Assembly: GCF_006345805.1 (NCBI RefSeq)
Contig: NC_043000.1
Location: 50,158,001 to 50,222,000, forward strand
Direction of reading: 5' to 3'
Source: Octopus sinensis
Lineage: Eukaryota
Length of the DNA: 64,000 bases
Positions 26,337-40,433 of this stretch are shown here, piece after piece. The position numbers and the translations under genes were made by a program. The notes beneath the pieces are model-generated. The model saw nothing but the letters and a program-made list of their open reading frames with translations. It was not told where the DNA came from and ran no database searches. Positions within the stretch are counted from its first letter, which is position 1; each line of letters begins with the position of its first letter.

Positions 26337-26563
26337 AGAATTCACGAAAAAAACAAAAGACGAAGACAGGCAGTGTAGAAAACAAACAGATGTATTAGCA
26401 TAATGCTTGGGAATTGAAAAAGTCTTTAGTGTGAACTGACAACCAAAGTGGACACACGAGAAGTGCGCCTGCAATGGCGCTGTTGCCCCGAACGTGCTGG
26501 GGCACGTTTTCAAGACCTGAATTCCGACTACAAGCTTTTCAAAGGCAACAATTTTAATATATG

Positions 26564-26607
<44 letters not shown>

Positions 26608-28131
26608 TTATTTTAATTTTTTTTTTTATCTTATCTAGTTTCAGCTCACAAGCTGTGGCCATGCTGGGGCACCGCCATTTTATATATATAAATAAAAAGC
26701 TAAATAGTACATTAAAACAATTTTACTCACCTGTCTTCAAATAAATTGTTAAATAGCATCAAGTTGATATTTCTGCATTGCTGTGCCCTATTCAAAGCCT
26801 AGTGAATAATGTTTTCTGTAAACCAGGAAATATATTCTAACAACAAATGTTCTTAAGTTTTTTAGATTTATCATTGCTGTTAAGTCAATTGTTCAGCCAT
26901 TATGTTTTCTTTGAAAACCTGCTTTCATAGAATGAAAAATTTTATACTTTTAATTTCTTTTTGTATAATTTTACACCCACTGCAAATATTTGCTTAGCCA
27001 TCAAATGTGTGTGTATGTGTGTGTGTGTGTGTGTGTGTATGTATATATATATATATAATATATATATATATATATAAACAAATTGAAACAGGAAGAAAAC
27101 AGATGACTGCTGCCATAACACCATGGCAAAATGGGAGAGGAAGAAAGTCTAAACAAATGGATATTATATCACAGCAACATGTAACTACATTTGAAATTTC
27201 TGCCATAGTAATGGAGAGGATGTTTAATACAAGTTCATCTTCACATGGAATGCCTGTTTAATAATTCTCATTCTATGAAAGCAGCCCTACAAAGACGTAA
27301 TGGCTTAACAATGAACCAAACAACAAAGAAATCTGAAAAAACTTGCATGCATCTAATGTCTCAGTGCATTTGTGTATTTGTTATTTATATTTAGCAGAAT
27401 CGTTAGAGCATCAGAATAAATGTCTTGCAATATTTACTCCAGCTCTTTACATTCTGAGTTCAACTGTGTCTTTCATCCCCCAGGGTTGGAAAAATAATAT
27501 ACCAGTTATATACTGGGGATCAGTGACATTGACTACCTCCTTCCCTCAGGATTGCTGGTCTTGTACCTAAATTCAAAACCATGCTTTGTATGGATTACTG
27601 TATTGCAAAATTAGTATCTTTTACATTTTTCAGCCATTAGATGGTGGCCATGCTGGAGCAGTTCTTTGAAGAGTTTTTAGTTGCATGAATCAACCCTAGT
27701 ACTTATTTTTTTTAAAGTCTTGTACTTGTTTTGTCAGTCTCTTTGCTGATTCACTAAGTTACAGGGACATAAATGCACTAACAACAATTGTCAAGCAGTG
27801 GTGGGGGACACACACTAATACAAAGACAAAGAGAAACACACATGTATATATACATATATATGCATGCATACATATACACATATAGTTACATATACCACCA
27901 TCATCATCATCGTTTAACGTCCGTGTTTCCCATGCTAGCACAGGTTGGATGGTTCGACCGGGGTCTGGGAAGCCAGGAGGCTGCACCAGGCCCCAGTCTG
28001 AACTGGCAGTGTTTCTACAGCTGATGCCCTTCCTAATGCCAACAACTCTGTGAGTGTAGTGGGTGCTTTTTACGTGCCACTGGCATTATATAAATATATT
28101 TATATGTAAATCAAATGGATGTCTTTTAAAG

Positions 28132-28326
28132 CTATTCCATACATACAATATCAGCCATACCAAAAATCCAACACACCTCTATCATCAGCTGCCCCACGGA
28201 TATCACTATGGTTTCGACATCTGGGCAGTACCACTCAATCTGGCGATGTCAACAGCACCAAAATAAGTGATGTCTGGGAACAAACACACCTTAGATATCA
28301 CCACATTCATTCACTCTTAATTCTAG
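28132..28326 (+). CDS. Candidate 195-bp phase 1-1 exon (IPYIQYQPYQKSNTPLSSAAPRISLWFRHLGSTTQSGDVNSTKISDVWEQTHLRYHHIHSLLIL), unidentified
   Basis: Acceptor GTCTTTTAAAG, donor CTAG|GTAGGA, stop-free, higher complexity with CpGs. Phase-compatible with 21948-22017. No homology recognised. Confidence 0.3.
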
Positions 28327-29243
28327 GTAGGATTAAACATTTATATCATTAATTAAACTACAACAAAGAAACCACATTACCTTATGCATATACACACACA
28401 CAATAAATTTCCATATCATTTATGAAATTTACTCACAAGCAAGCTAGTGGCTGAGGTGCTGTGGCAGAGGACCCAAAACCATGTGGTTGCAAAGTGTGCT
28501 TCTTAATCCCACAGTGATATCTTGGTCTATGAATATCTTTTATGCTATTTCAAAACTAATATTTTATCTCTATAAGGTCATCTATCAATTACAGGATGGT
28601 TTATACTACTAACCTAGCAAATTAATTCAGAAATCAGTTATGGTAGTAGTTTTTATACAAAATTCACAATAATTAGTTGCTTGAAATTTCCATGTCAGAA
28701 ACCTCATTGCAAAATTGTCATAAACAAATTTCTTTTACCAAAGATTACCTGTTTGCTTTAGTATTGCCATTACTTTATGCACTGATGAACTTCTGAATAA
28801 ATTAATCTAATTAATAGTACGTATATTAAATGTTACATTAGTAGAAACTTAATTTCATCAGAAAGTAAACTTTTGCCAAAAATGATATAAATGGGCTTTT
28901 CTTTTTTTCCTTACTTTTCTGTTTTTACTATGGTTTTTCTTTTTTTACCAAAAAGTATTACATTCAGCAATATTAGCTTATTTGCCAAGAAAAACCCAGA
29001 AGAAATTGCCATCAAAATTTCTAACTGCATGGTAAATGATTATGGGATTTTCCTTCTAATTAAATTGATGGAAATAACGAGTGGAGTAATAAAGATAATC
29101 ACGAAAGTTTTCATTAATGGAAAAATTATTTTTCAGTAGTAACTATTATTTTTGAGAAGATGGTTCCTATTCAGCAAAGGGTGGGTGAAAAAAATTTTTT
29201 GGCCAAAGAACAATGCTTTGAAATGATGATTTTTTTCAAGATA

Positions 29244-29245
<2 letters not shown>

Positions 29246-29297
<52 letters not shown>

Positions 29298-29334
29298 CAT
29301 TATTATTAATATTATTATTGTTGTTTTGTTGTTG

Positions 29335-29377
<43 letters not shown>

Positions 29378-29671
29378 CATTATTATTATTACTATCATCA
29401 TCATCATCATTATTATTATTAACAGTAATCATAATGATAATGATAATAACAATAATAATAATGATGATGATGATGTTGCTAATGATGATAATGATGATAA
29501 TAATAATAGTATTTCCTGTACTTTTTGAATCTAATACCGAACTCTTATTTATTCATTTATTTTCTCACTGGCTATTTATTTACTACTACTTTAAGAATGT
29601 GTATCTCATAACATGGTTATTTATTGCTACACTGCTGCCAGAACATCAATGATGGATCACAGAAGATTATG

Positions 29672-29707
<36 letters not shown>

Positions 29708-29800
29708 GCAACAACAATAACAACAGCAACAACAAAAACAACACCACCAATAATAATAATAATAATAATAATAATTTATCATCATCATCATCATCATTAT
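29246..29800. repeat. Compound (TTA/TCA)n and (TAA/TGA)n trinucleotide arrays
   Basis: Read directly from the sequence. Confidence 0.9.
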
Positions 29801-30696
29801 GAAAGGTTTTTTTTTTCTGATTAAAAGTATTGCATAGCTTAAAAAAGTTAGAGAACATTTTGTAAGATATGTTTGATTTGTTTTTTTATATATTTACCAA
29901 AATATCATGATTTGGTTTTTTTTTTTTCCTTTTATTCTTGATCATTTCACAGCCATAAATCTTATAGAACACTTCTTCGAAACAGTATGGATTGGCATAA
30001 AGAAGTTTAGAAATAGTTTTGTAGGAGAGTGGCTGTCTTTTTCTAAATAAGTAGAAAATACAATAGCTATACAACAAAGTAACCTTTGTTATGTTGTATG
30101 GTTTAGTTTACTGATTGAAAAAACTAAATCTGAAATTCTGACATAAATATATAGCAACTCACTAGTTTACCAATGTATATCAGTGCTATATTGTTACCTC
30201 TTGAAATGAATAACTTCTCCACTGATCCAAGTTATTAAAGAGTTAATTAAATATACTTGATGAGTCAACCATGAAGTCAACCGTCTGCATCCTTTGATGC
30301 ACTGAATACATGATTCAAATACTCCATTCTCAGGTACCTGAATCTAATAAGTTGTAAACATGTAATGCAGGGTTGGAACAACTTCTTCAAGTGGTTGCAG
30401 CCAAGATGCATTCCACAACCTCATGCCAGAAATCTTTGTTCACCTATTAGTTTTGATAGGTCCTCAGCTTCATGTTGACAGAATCTCTGTTAGTAGCATC
30501 AATGTAATTGAAATTGAGTGGTCTTTCTTCTTTATTAGGGTGTGGAAGTTTCTAAACTATAACAACTGACATGGCCTATCATTCAGCCTTAACAGTTCTG
30601 ACTAAAAAGCTTATTTCTGTATTGAACAACAATAGTAAGGACAGATGGAATGTGTCCATAAATCTCTTTGGTTTTGTGCTCATGCCATAAGATGTT

Positions 30697-31481
30697 TTAA
30701 CCCATTAACATTTAAACCAGTAATACCTGGCCCACATGTTCTACCTGTTTTATGTTGAAACCAAATGAGTCTGGCCACTCACACCTATCCTACAATGACA
30801 TTCTAAAAGTAAACTATCACATCATTGAAATCTCTTCTTGGGGCCTCCGTCGGTCATGGCTGACCATGAACGATGTCATCCGTCCTTTGAGTTGTCTATT
30901 TAGTTTTTGCAACGCCTCCTGTGACTGTAGAGACCAATGCCAGAGTGGCAGTCTCATTTGCAGCGGTCACACCTATTCGTTGAATCCGGTCTGTTGGCTG
31001 TCATTTCTTTTTTGTGGGCTCGGTTTTCAGCTGCCACCACCCTCAATTTCTCTTCGCTGGTCTGCAGTAGCTTGTGAAGAGTGACTCTCCAGCTGGTTCG
31101 GTTGGCTGTGAGATACTCCCAGGAATTGATGTTGATGCCTAGTGCCTTTATATCCCTCCTGCACACGTCCCTGTACCTCAGCTTCGGGTGGCTAATGTTT
31201 CTCCACCCTGCAACAAGCTCTCCGAAGAGGACATCCTTTGGGATCCACCATCCTCCATATGGCGAACGTGGCCAAGCCAGTGCAGCCGACATTGTCTTAG
31301 CAAGGTGAGCATTCTAGAGAGGCCAGCATGAGACAGAACGTCAGTATTGGCCTCCCACCATGCTAACCAATACTGACATTCTTGAAATCTCAAAGCTATA
31401 AGGTAATGCAGGATTAATTGAAAACAATGTGAATAAATAAGCATTGCATTTGACAATATAATCTGAATGTTAAATGGTTAA
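30697..31481. mobile_element. piggyBac-type MITE M1 interrupted by an RTE insertion
   Basis: TTAACCCATTAACATT ... AATGTTAAATGGTTAA termini. The halves match the 3730 copy. Confidence 0.8.
30835..31381 (-). mobile_element. 5'-truncated RTE-clade LINE, RT C-terminus with frameshift
   Basis: Translation includes LRQCRLHWLGHVRHMEDG and IPKDVLFGELVAG-x5-HPKLRYRDVCRRDIKALGININSWE-x4-NRTSWR. TSD TTGAAATCTC at 30825-30834 and 31382-31391. Confidence 0.9.
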
Positions 31482-31896
31482 ATCTTCAGGAAAATCCTGA
31501 TGTATCATCAACCTGACATTGATCCTCCTTCTTCATAGTCTAAGTTTGGGCTCTGGACTAGGAACAGCAACTAGTGATTGCTACTTATAAAATCAGCAAG
31601 TCTCTTGTAAACTTATAGGCCCTGAGTTCAAGTCTCTATTTGCAGAACCAAACATCTTCATTTATCCTCATACAATGAATTTATTTATTTTTTTTAGTGG
31701 TGTACACATTGGTTTCACAAGGCATAGTAGCCTTGAGCTTCAGGTGCTGGGTTGCTGAGCACATGATCTATGTGAAATACATATATTTCATCATCATCAT
31801 CATCATTATCATCAGTGTTGTCGTTGTCATCATCATCATCATCATCATCATCATCGTCGTCATCATCATCATCATTGTTTTAATAGTTTTTTTGTG

Positions 31897-31928
<32 letters not shown>

Positions 31929-32133
31929 TGTATGTGTGAATGTATGTGTGAATGTATGTGTGTATGCATGTACGTATGACTGAATGTATAGATTGCTTGA
32001 ATTTCGGTACAGATTTTATATATTAAGATAAAAGAGGTAGTCAAAATTTTGGGATAATTATTTATTAAGCATTTTCATTTTGTTTTGGAGAATCACCATA
32101 TATACATACATACATACATATATATATATATAT

Positions 32134-33172
32134 GAGGACATGTGTAAGCTCGTGAGGAATGAAGCCAGTATGCTCCGATGGATGTGTAATGTCAGTGTAC
32201 ATACTCGACAGAGCGTTAGCACCTTGAGAGAAATGTTGTACCTATGAAGCATCAGTTATGGTGTGCAAGAGAGATGATTGCGCTGGTATGGTCATGTGGC
32301 GAGAATGGATGAAGATAGGTGTGTGAGAAAGTGCCAATCCCTAGCAGTTGAGGGAACCTGTGGAAGAGGTAGACCCAGGAAAACCTGGGACGAGGTGGTG
32401 AAGCACGACCTTCGAACTTTAGGCCTCACTGAGGAAATGACCAGCGACCGAGACCTTTGGAAATATTCTGTACGTGAGAAGACCAGGCAGGACAAGTGAG
32501 CCCAGCCCACTTATGAATGCCTTTCCTCCCTTGGACACGAAGACCTGTTGAGGCAAGCGAAGTCGATATAGAACCTCATCCGACGACAGATACCCATGCC
32601 AACCCCCTTTGCTTGCGAAGACATGTTGGGGCAAGCGAAATCGAAACTGAATTGAACCAGCCAGGATCCCTGGTCTGGTGGTACGTAAAAAGCACTATCC
32701 GACTCGTGGCTGTGGCTTCCGTGCCAGTGGCACGTAAAATACTCCAATGCGACCGTACGACAGGCACCTATGCCAACCCCCTTTGCTTGTGAAGACATGT
32801 TGGGGCAAGTGAAATCAAAATCGAATTGAACCAGCCAGGATCCCTGGTCTGGTGGTACGTAAAAAGCACTATCCGACTCGTGGCCAATGCCAGCACCGCC
32901 TCGACTGGCATCCGTGCCGGTGGCACATAAAAATACACCAATCCGACCGTGGCCATTGCCAGCCTCGCCTGGCACCTGTGCAGGTGGCACGTAAAAAGCA
33001 CCCACTACACTCACGGAGTGGTTGGCGTTAGGAAGGGCATCCAGCTGTAGAAATATTGCCAGATTAGACTGGAGCCTGGTGCAGCCTTCTGGCTTCCCAG
33101 AACCCAGGTCAAACCGTCCAACCCATGCTAGCATGGAGAACGGACGTTAAACGATGGTGATGATGATGATGA

Positions 33173-33176
<4 letters not shown>
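32134..33176 (+). mobile_element. 5'-truncated RTE-clade LINE with long 3' UTR and (GAT)n tail
   Basis: In frame with two stops: EASMLRWMCNV...LRWYGHVARMDEDRCVRKC...GRGRPRKTWDEVVKHDLRTLGL...DRDLWK. Inserted in (TA)n. Confidence 0.9.
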
Positions 33177-33212
<36 letters not shown>

Positions 33213-33769
33213 CATACATACATATATATATATATATATTATATATATATATATATTATATATATATATATATATAATATATATATATATATAAATACAT
33301 ACATATACATATAGATAGATAGATATACATATATGTGAGAGTGTGCAAGCAGGCACGTGTGTATGTGTGTGTGCAAGCTTGGAAGTGCAGTGTCAGTTTA
33401 TTTGGGGGTTAAACTAGGACAGTATTTCTACACCTCTTTTACTTTATAGATTTAAAGGAATAAAATGCAAAATAATAACAGCTGCAACAACATTAAATGA
33501 AGCAAAACAATTTTTGTCAATAGTACCATTTTCTATGTATTCTCTTGGCAAACAAAATCACAGAAATCTTTCAATCAGGTTTATTAGTGTCCTCTTTCTA
33601 AATTATTTGGCTATCAATCAACCTGACATATTTAATCATGTTTTGTACAATTCATTATTTAATAGTTTTCTCCTGGTGTATCTAATTGTGAGTTTCTCGC
33701 TTTCTCTCCCTCACTCTCTTTCTCTCCCTCTCTCTTCCTCTCTCTTCATCTCTCTATCCCACTCTATCT

Positions 33770-34700
<931 letters not shown>

Positions 34701-36339
34701 ATCTATTTGTCTGTTTGTCCATCTCTTTCATTCTGTTCTTTCTATTCTCCTACTCAATTTTTCCCACTATATTCCTTCACTCTCCCTCTCTTTCTCTCTC
34801 TCTCTCACCTCTCTCTCTCTTTTCTCTTAGTCACTGGAGAGCCTGACTGAAACAATATAGTACTATCTCCTTATTGTTCTTTTCCTTTCTTTTATTTTTT
34901 CTTTTGTGTAGTGAGATAGACTTGGATAACCTCCAAGAAATAATGTTTTAATTGAAATATCCAGCCTATACACTGGCATCTTATTCTGTCTGATAAAACT
35001 GCTATCAAATGAACAAAGTGATTGCCAGAAACTCTACTACATCTTACTAAAATAAAAGCAGTTCCATTAGGTTGTAAAAGTAGTCACAAAGAACTTATCA
35101 TTTTTAGAGAAATGTCTTGGGTATTGCAAAACTAAAATGAAACTAAACATCCTTATTTTACTTAATTTAATGCGCTATTTAGATTAATTTCACAATATTA
35201 AAAATGAATATTATAAAATGTTATATTTCATTTCACAGAGTTAATTAGTAATGAAAAAAAAAAGTAAGATAAAATAAAATAAAATGATATATATATATAT
35301 ACAAAAAATTAATTTGTATGTTCTTTACAAGTGAAAATAGTAACATTTAGACGTCTAGGAATAATTAATATTTTCCAATGAATTTTATGTAAATCATCAC
35401 TCAAATAATAATAAAAATCTTTAAACAAATTTTATATGAAAAAAATATTGCAAAGAAATTTATTTGAACAAAAAGCAAAGGAATAGGGAGAGGAGGAAAC
35501 TGAGAAGGATAGAGAGATAGAGAGATATCATCATTTTAAACTTACCCGGCTTCTGTCAATATATATTATATTGAAACTATCGAGGAAATCTGTCTAAATA
35601 CAATAATTTCTATCACTTCAGGTGAGAAGAATATTCTTCAGGTTTCACTTGAAAAAAATAAAAATATATATATATATATAATTTGGTTGCTAGTGTTTCT
35701 TAACAGTTCTATAGAGATTGATTTTGTTTAGGAAACATTTATCTATCTAAAAGTCTTTGATTAATGCTACCTTAATTTTCATTATATGGAAAGAAACTGG
35801 TGTTTCATTTACAGAACCAACTGTCCTGACAAGGAATATAATGAATCGATAATATCTAATTGTTTAACAATTTATTTTCTCTTGGCTAATATTTACTTCT
35901 TCATGGCAAATGTATTGAATAAAAAGAAAAAAAAACCCAATCCAAAACACAACAAAAAATATAATAGCCTAATGCTTGCGTAGTGAGTGAGTCTACAAGA
36001 TTTCTTTCAAGAACATTTCTCAAAGGCACATTTGATCATAATAAAAACGCTAATACAAAAATCATTAATTAATAAAGTTTATTTATTCATTCCCCAGCCA
36101 TCATCACAATCGTTACAACAACCACCCTCACCATCACTACCACCGCAGCTGCTACTAACACTAATTGTAAATTATCATTAACCATTATTTACAAAAAAGT
36201 GCTGGTGTGGTGGTGTGGTAAAAAATTTGTTTCCCAACTATGTGGCTTTGAGTTCAGTTCCACTGCATGGCACCTTCAGTAATGTCCGCTACAATAGCAT
36301 GGCCGCAGTCAAATTACTGAAACAAATAATATTAAATTT

Positions 36340-37019
36340 ATTCAATAAAATTACCATTGGCTTTGGACTCTCCTGCAACTCTTCTGGATGGTACCCTTGT
36401 TTAAGTTGGTGAATGCTGCCATAATCCTTGCCTTCAGTTAGTCTTTGGTGTTACAAGAACTTTCATTGGTCTCTTGTCCAACTGTCCCTTACACATGATA
36501 ATCAAGGGGGTTGCAGTCTGGAAAGTTAGGTGGCTAGATGTTAGGGGTGATCTGGTCAAAGAAATTATCTGACAACCATGATTGGGTTCTCCTGCTTGTG
36601 TGGCATAGTGCAGAGTCCTGTTGACAGACATAAGGTCCTCCAGCAGCCACCCACTTGACCCAGGGCAGCACTACCTCCTCCAGGCACTTGATGTAGGTCT
36701 CTGTGTTGAGTCTGAGGTGGTGTGGGAAAATGAATGGAGGCATAATGTCACCATCAATAGTGATCCCTCCAAACACTATGATGTTGACTGGATGCTTGAT
36801 TTTTATCACTCTCGTATTGGAGCCTTCCAGCATGAATGCCAAGCAGAACAGTATATTATTTCCAAATTTCTGGCAGAGTGAATTATGTCATGGTACTGTT
36901 TTTCTCAGAGACGGTGCCCAACTGCCCCATCTACACTGTGTAATCAACAAAATCAAAAACAATGTGCATGCATGAAATTAAAAATATAAAATGGGAACAA
37001 TTTACCTATTGCACCCTGT
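36340..37019 (-). mobile_element. Internally deleted Tc1/mariner element, DD37D (maT) type
   Basis: QQDSALCHTSRRTQSWL...*PPNFPDCNPLDY has 37 residues between the second and third Asp. C-terminus ANGNFIE*. TIR-like ACAGGGTGCAATAGGTAAATTG on the minus strand at ~36995-37019. Confidence 0.85.
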
Positions 37020-37154
37020 GTGTGTGTGTGTGTATATATATGTATGTATGTATATATATATATATATATATATGGTTCAAAAAATTATACAAAGAACAAT
37101 GACAGGTGAAAGAACACACAGGCTGTAACAGTTTTACAAGCAGGAAAAATTGAA

Positions 37155-37193
37155 GTCTTTGACATTTCGAGCCTATGTTCTTCTATAGGAAGG
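37155..37193 (-). ncRNA. Degenerate hammerhead-like motif (family C copy)
   Basis: Minus strand CCTTC-CTATAGA-A-GAAC(ATAG)GCTC-GAAAT-GTC-AAAGAC. The core is mutated. Confidence 0.35.
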
Positions 37194-37614
37194 AATGAGG
37201 AATGAAAACAGATTGAAAGAGAGAGAAAAAATATGTCTGAATTAATAATGCTCCATATATATATAAGTGTGGAGGGGGAGTGTGTGTGTAATTGAGTTTG
37301 TGTTTGTCCCCACCGATTGGTTTCAGTTAGTTTATGTCCTCATAACTAGCAGTGTGGTATAAGAGACTGATAGAATAAGTACCAGGCTTTAAAGAATTGG
37401 TACTTGGGTTGATCTGTTTCACTAAGACTCTTCTAGGTGGTGCTCCAGTATGGCTGTAATCCAATAACTGAAGCAAGTAAAAGATAAAAGATATATACAA
37501 AGTTGCTATATTCTCAAAAGCTAACAAGAAAGCTTCTACAGAGATGCTTGATGTATGAAAAATAGCATCTAAATTTTCCTTAAATCACACACTACAATCT
37601 TAAATAAGAGGCAT

Positions 37615-37962
37615 ACATGCTGGATAGAAGAACCTCCTTCGGTCATAAATGACCATGGCATTACACCTAGAAAGTTCCCCTCCAAGATACAAGTCCAGGC
37701 AATGTTGTTTATGGAAGACCAACTGTTGCCCATGCATACCAGCCTCACCTCTCTATGCCACTGATGTTATACAAGAGAAAGGTAAAAACGATACAGCTTG
37801 GCACCAGTGATGTCACAACCCATTTCTAAAGCTGAGTGAACTGGAGCGACATGAAGTAAAGTGTCTTGCTCAACAACACAACACACAGCCCTGTCTAGGA
37901 ATCAAACTCACTACCTCATGATTGTGAGCTAGACACTCTAACCACTGAGTCATGCATCTTCA
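37615..37962 (-). mobile_element. tRNA-derived SINE with CORE-like central block
   Basis: Minus-strand head GACTCAGTGGTTAGAGTG...GAGTTTGATTCC followed by TTGAGCAAGACACTTTAC. Relative at 41364-41612 (+). Confidence 0.7.
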
Positions 37963-39391
37963 TGACACACTGGATAATATACTCCTAAATAAACTGTTTT
38001 AAAAAGATGACATAGTCTTATTTGGTGGTGGTGGGGGGGCTTTGATCATTGATCCATGAGATCAGAGATGAAATGAGTGCTAACCAATAACAGTTATGCT
38101 CACTTCTACTATGCAAAAAGAAGAGAATAATTTCTCCATGATCACTCAACCTGATAGAAATAACAGCCAAATCTCCCTCAAAGCACACAATCTATCAGAG
38201 TAAAGAAACCAAGTATAAATTGGATAATATGGTATTAAGATAGAGAGAAAGAATGGTTGGTCATGAGAGGAATGTATTTGAACACAGGTCTGCTCAATAA
38301 GTATCATAAAGAATTAAGTGTGTTTGTGCCTCTGTGTGTGTGTGTGTATGTGTGTGTGCATGTATGTGTGCATGTGTGTGTGCGTACACATGCACACGTG
38401 TGCTTGAAATGCTTGGAATTAAATTACACTAGGAATGGAAATAGAGAAGACAGCAATCTGCACTTCCCAAAATTAGTCAACTGATTCAGGTTGCAATTTC
38501 ACACACCATAACAAGCTTAAGTAGTTTATGCCAGATGACAGTTTTATACAGAAATAATTGGATATTGTTTCATAGTTTGATCACATCTGGGCATCTTGAC
38601 ATAATATGTAATTGGTAAATGTAGTGTACAGGAATTGTAAAGATTCTTCTATGCTACTGTTCAAATGACCTGGCTGTCTTGGATTCAGCTGATACATTGC
38701 ATACCACACTGACTGCAGCACAGCTGTTCCTTCACATTTGTTTGGCCTGTTGGAAATGATAGTCAAATCTTCCTCCAATCATGCTAGAGATCTTTAAATA
38801 AAAAAGGCTGCATTGGACAAAGTAATCTCTAGTGTGCAAAAAGATGTGAGGTTATAGCTGAAACATTTTTTATCATATAGATCATCTCAACCAGGGCTAA
38901 CCTGAGATGAGTGTGTGATTAAATAAGGAGTCTGCTTTGCATCTAGGGGAAATGTCTTAGTGTCTTCTATTTTAACATCCTGTTGTTGACCTTTAAGTGG
39001 AATTTAGTTTACTAAATTCTATTATATATGCATAAATGCAGCTATGCATCTATGTATGTATGTATGTATGTATGTATGAATGAATGTATGTATGTATGTA
39101 TGTATGTATGTATGCATGTATGTATAAGAACTGATGTCACTTCCAAACCAATAACACCATGTGATCTGTGTTGACCAATAAGGGCCTAACATATAGAAGC
39201 CAATTTATCTCATTTCCTATTATTTGATCTCTAAATACTTGAACTAGATTCGTTCTATAAGCCTATGAAACTTAAAGTTACATGGAGTTGAGTCAAACTG
39301 TTATTAAATAAAAAGCTCTTACCAAGCATGTTCAGTTCCACATTCTTTCATTTGTCCACTCACTTATCTATCTATCTATCTGTCTGTCTGC

Positions 39392-39486
<95 letters not shown>

Positions 39487-39549
39487 CCTCTATATATGTA
39501 TATATATATATATACATATATATATAAACAAAACGATGATATATACATA

Positions 39550-39591
<42 letters not shown>

Positions 39592-40397
39592 CATATATAT
39601 ATATATATACACACATATATATATATATATATAAGTTGAGAAGTAATTGTATGAAGTTTGAAGCATGGTGCAATATTTATCCTTGATGTGTCTTTTGGTT
39701 TCTTTCACTCACTCTCTTCTACTTTGTAATCATTCATTGTATGCACATCATTTGAAAGATCACCGCAAATATATTCAAAATAACCAGGTGTCTATCAACA
39801 ATCGCTTACTTTAACTATGTTCAATGTACAATAATAACCTTAAAAAGGCAGGAGGTATGAGATGATGATGATGATGACGACGACGATGACGATGATGATG
39901 ATGATGAGGAGGAGGAGGAAGAGGAAGTGGAGGTGGTAATGTGTGAATATGAGTGTGATTGTCGGTGCAAATGTATGTGTGCATGATTTCCAGTCTATTT
40001 GTTTATTAGATTTATTGAAATTTATGTATTTTTAACCGTTCAATCATTTTACTTTTCTTTCATGTTAAAAGAATCAGCGAAATCATGACGTTTCTTGAGA
40101 TTCATTTAAGGCAAAATAACTTTTCATGGACATTCTTTAAGCAGATGAAATATTTAGAACTATAGTGCTGTGTTTTGATTGGCTAGAAAAAGTCACAGGT
40201 GTCTATTTTTGAAAAGCTTTTTTGAATTTCTATTTCTTTTCCTTTTTTTATTTTCCTATTTAAAAATTTTATTTTAACCTTTTTGTAATCCTTTGTTGCT
40301 CTTACACAATCTATGCTACAGTCCTCCTATTATTACATGTTCAATGTCATAGCTTCATCAGTTTGACAAGGGTTATTGCTATTATTGCTATTATTGC

Positions 40398-40433
<36 letters not shown>

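Noticed and set aside
28170-28240. HYR-domain-like peptide IISCPTDITMVSTSGQ
   Set aside because: The frame closes after a few more codons and the rest of the domain is absent.
38580-38760. Ankyrin-like words GHLDII and GIVKILL in one frame
   Set aside because: Separated by stops, wrong spacing, and no TPLH motif.
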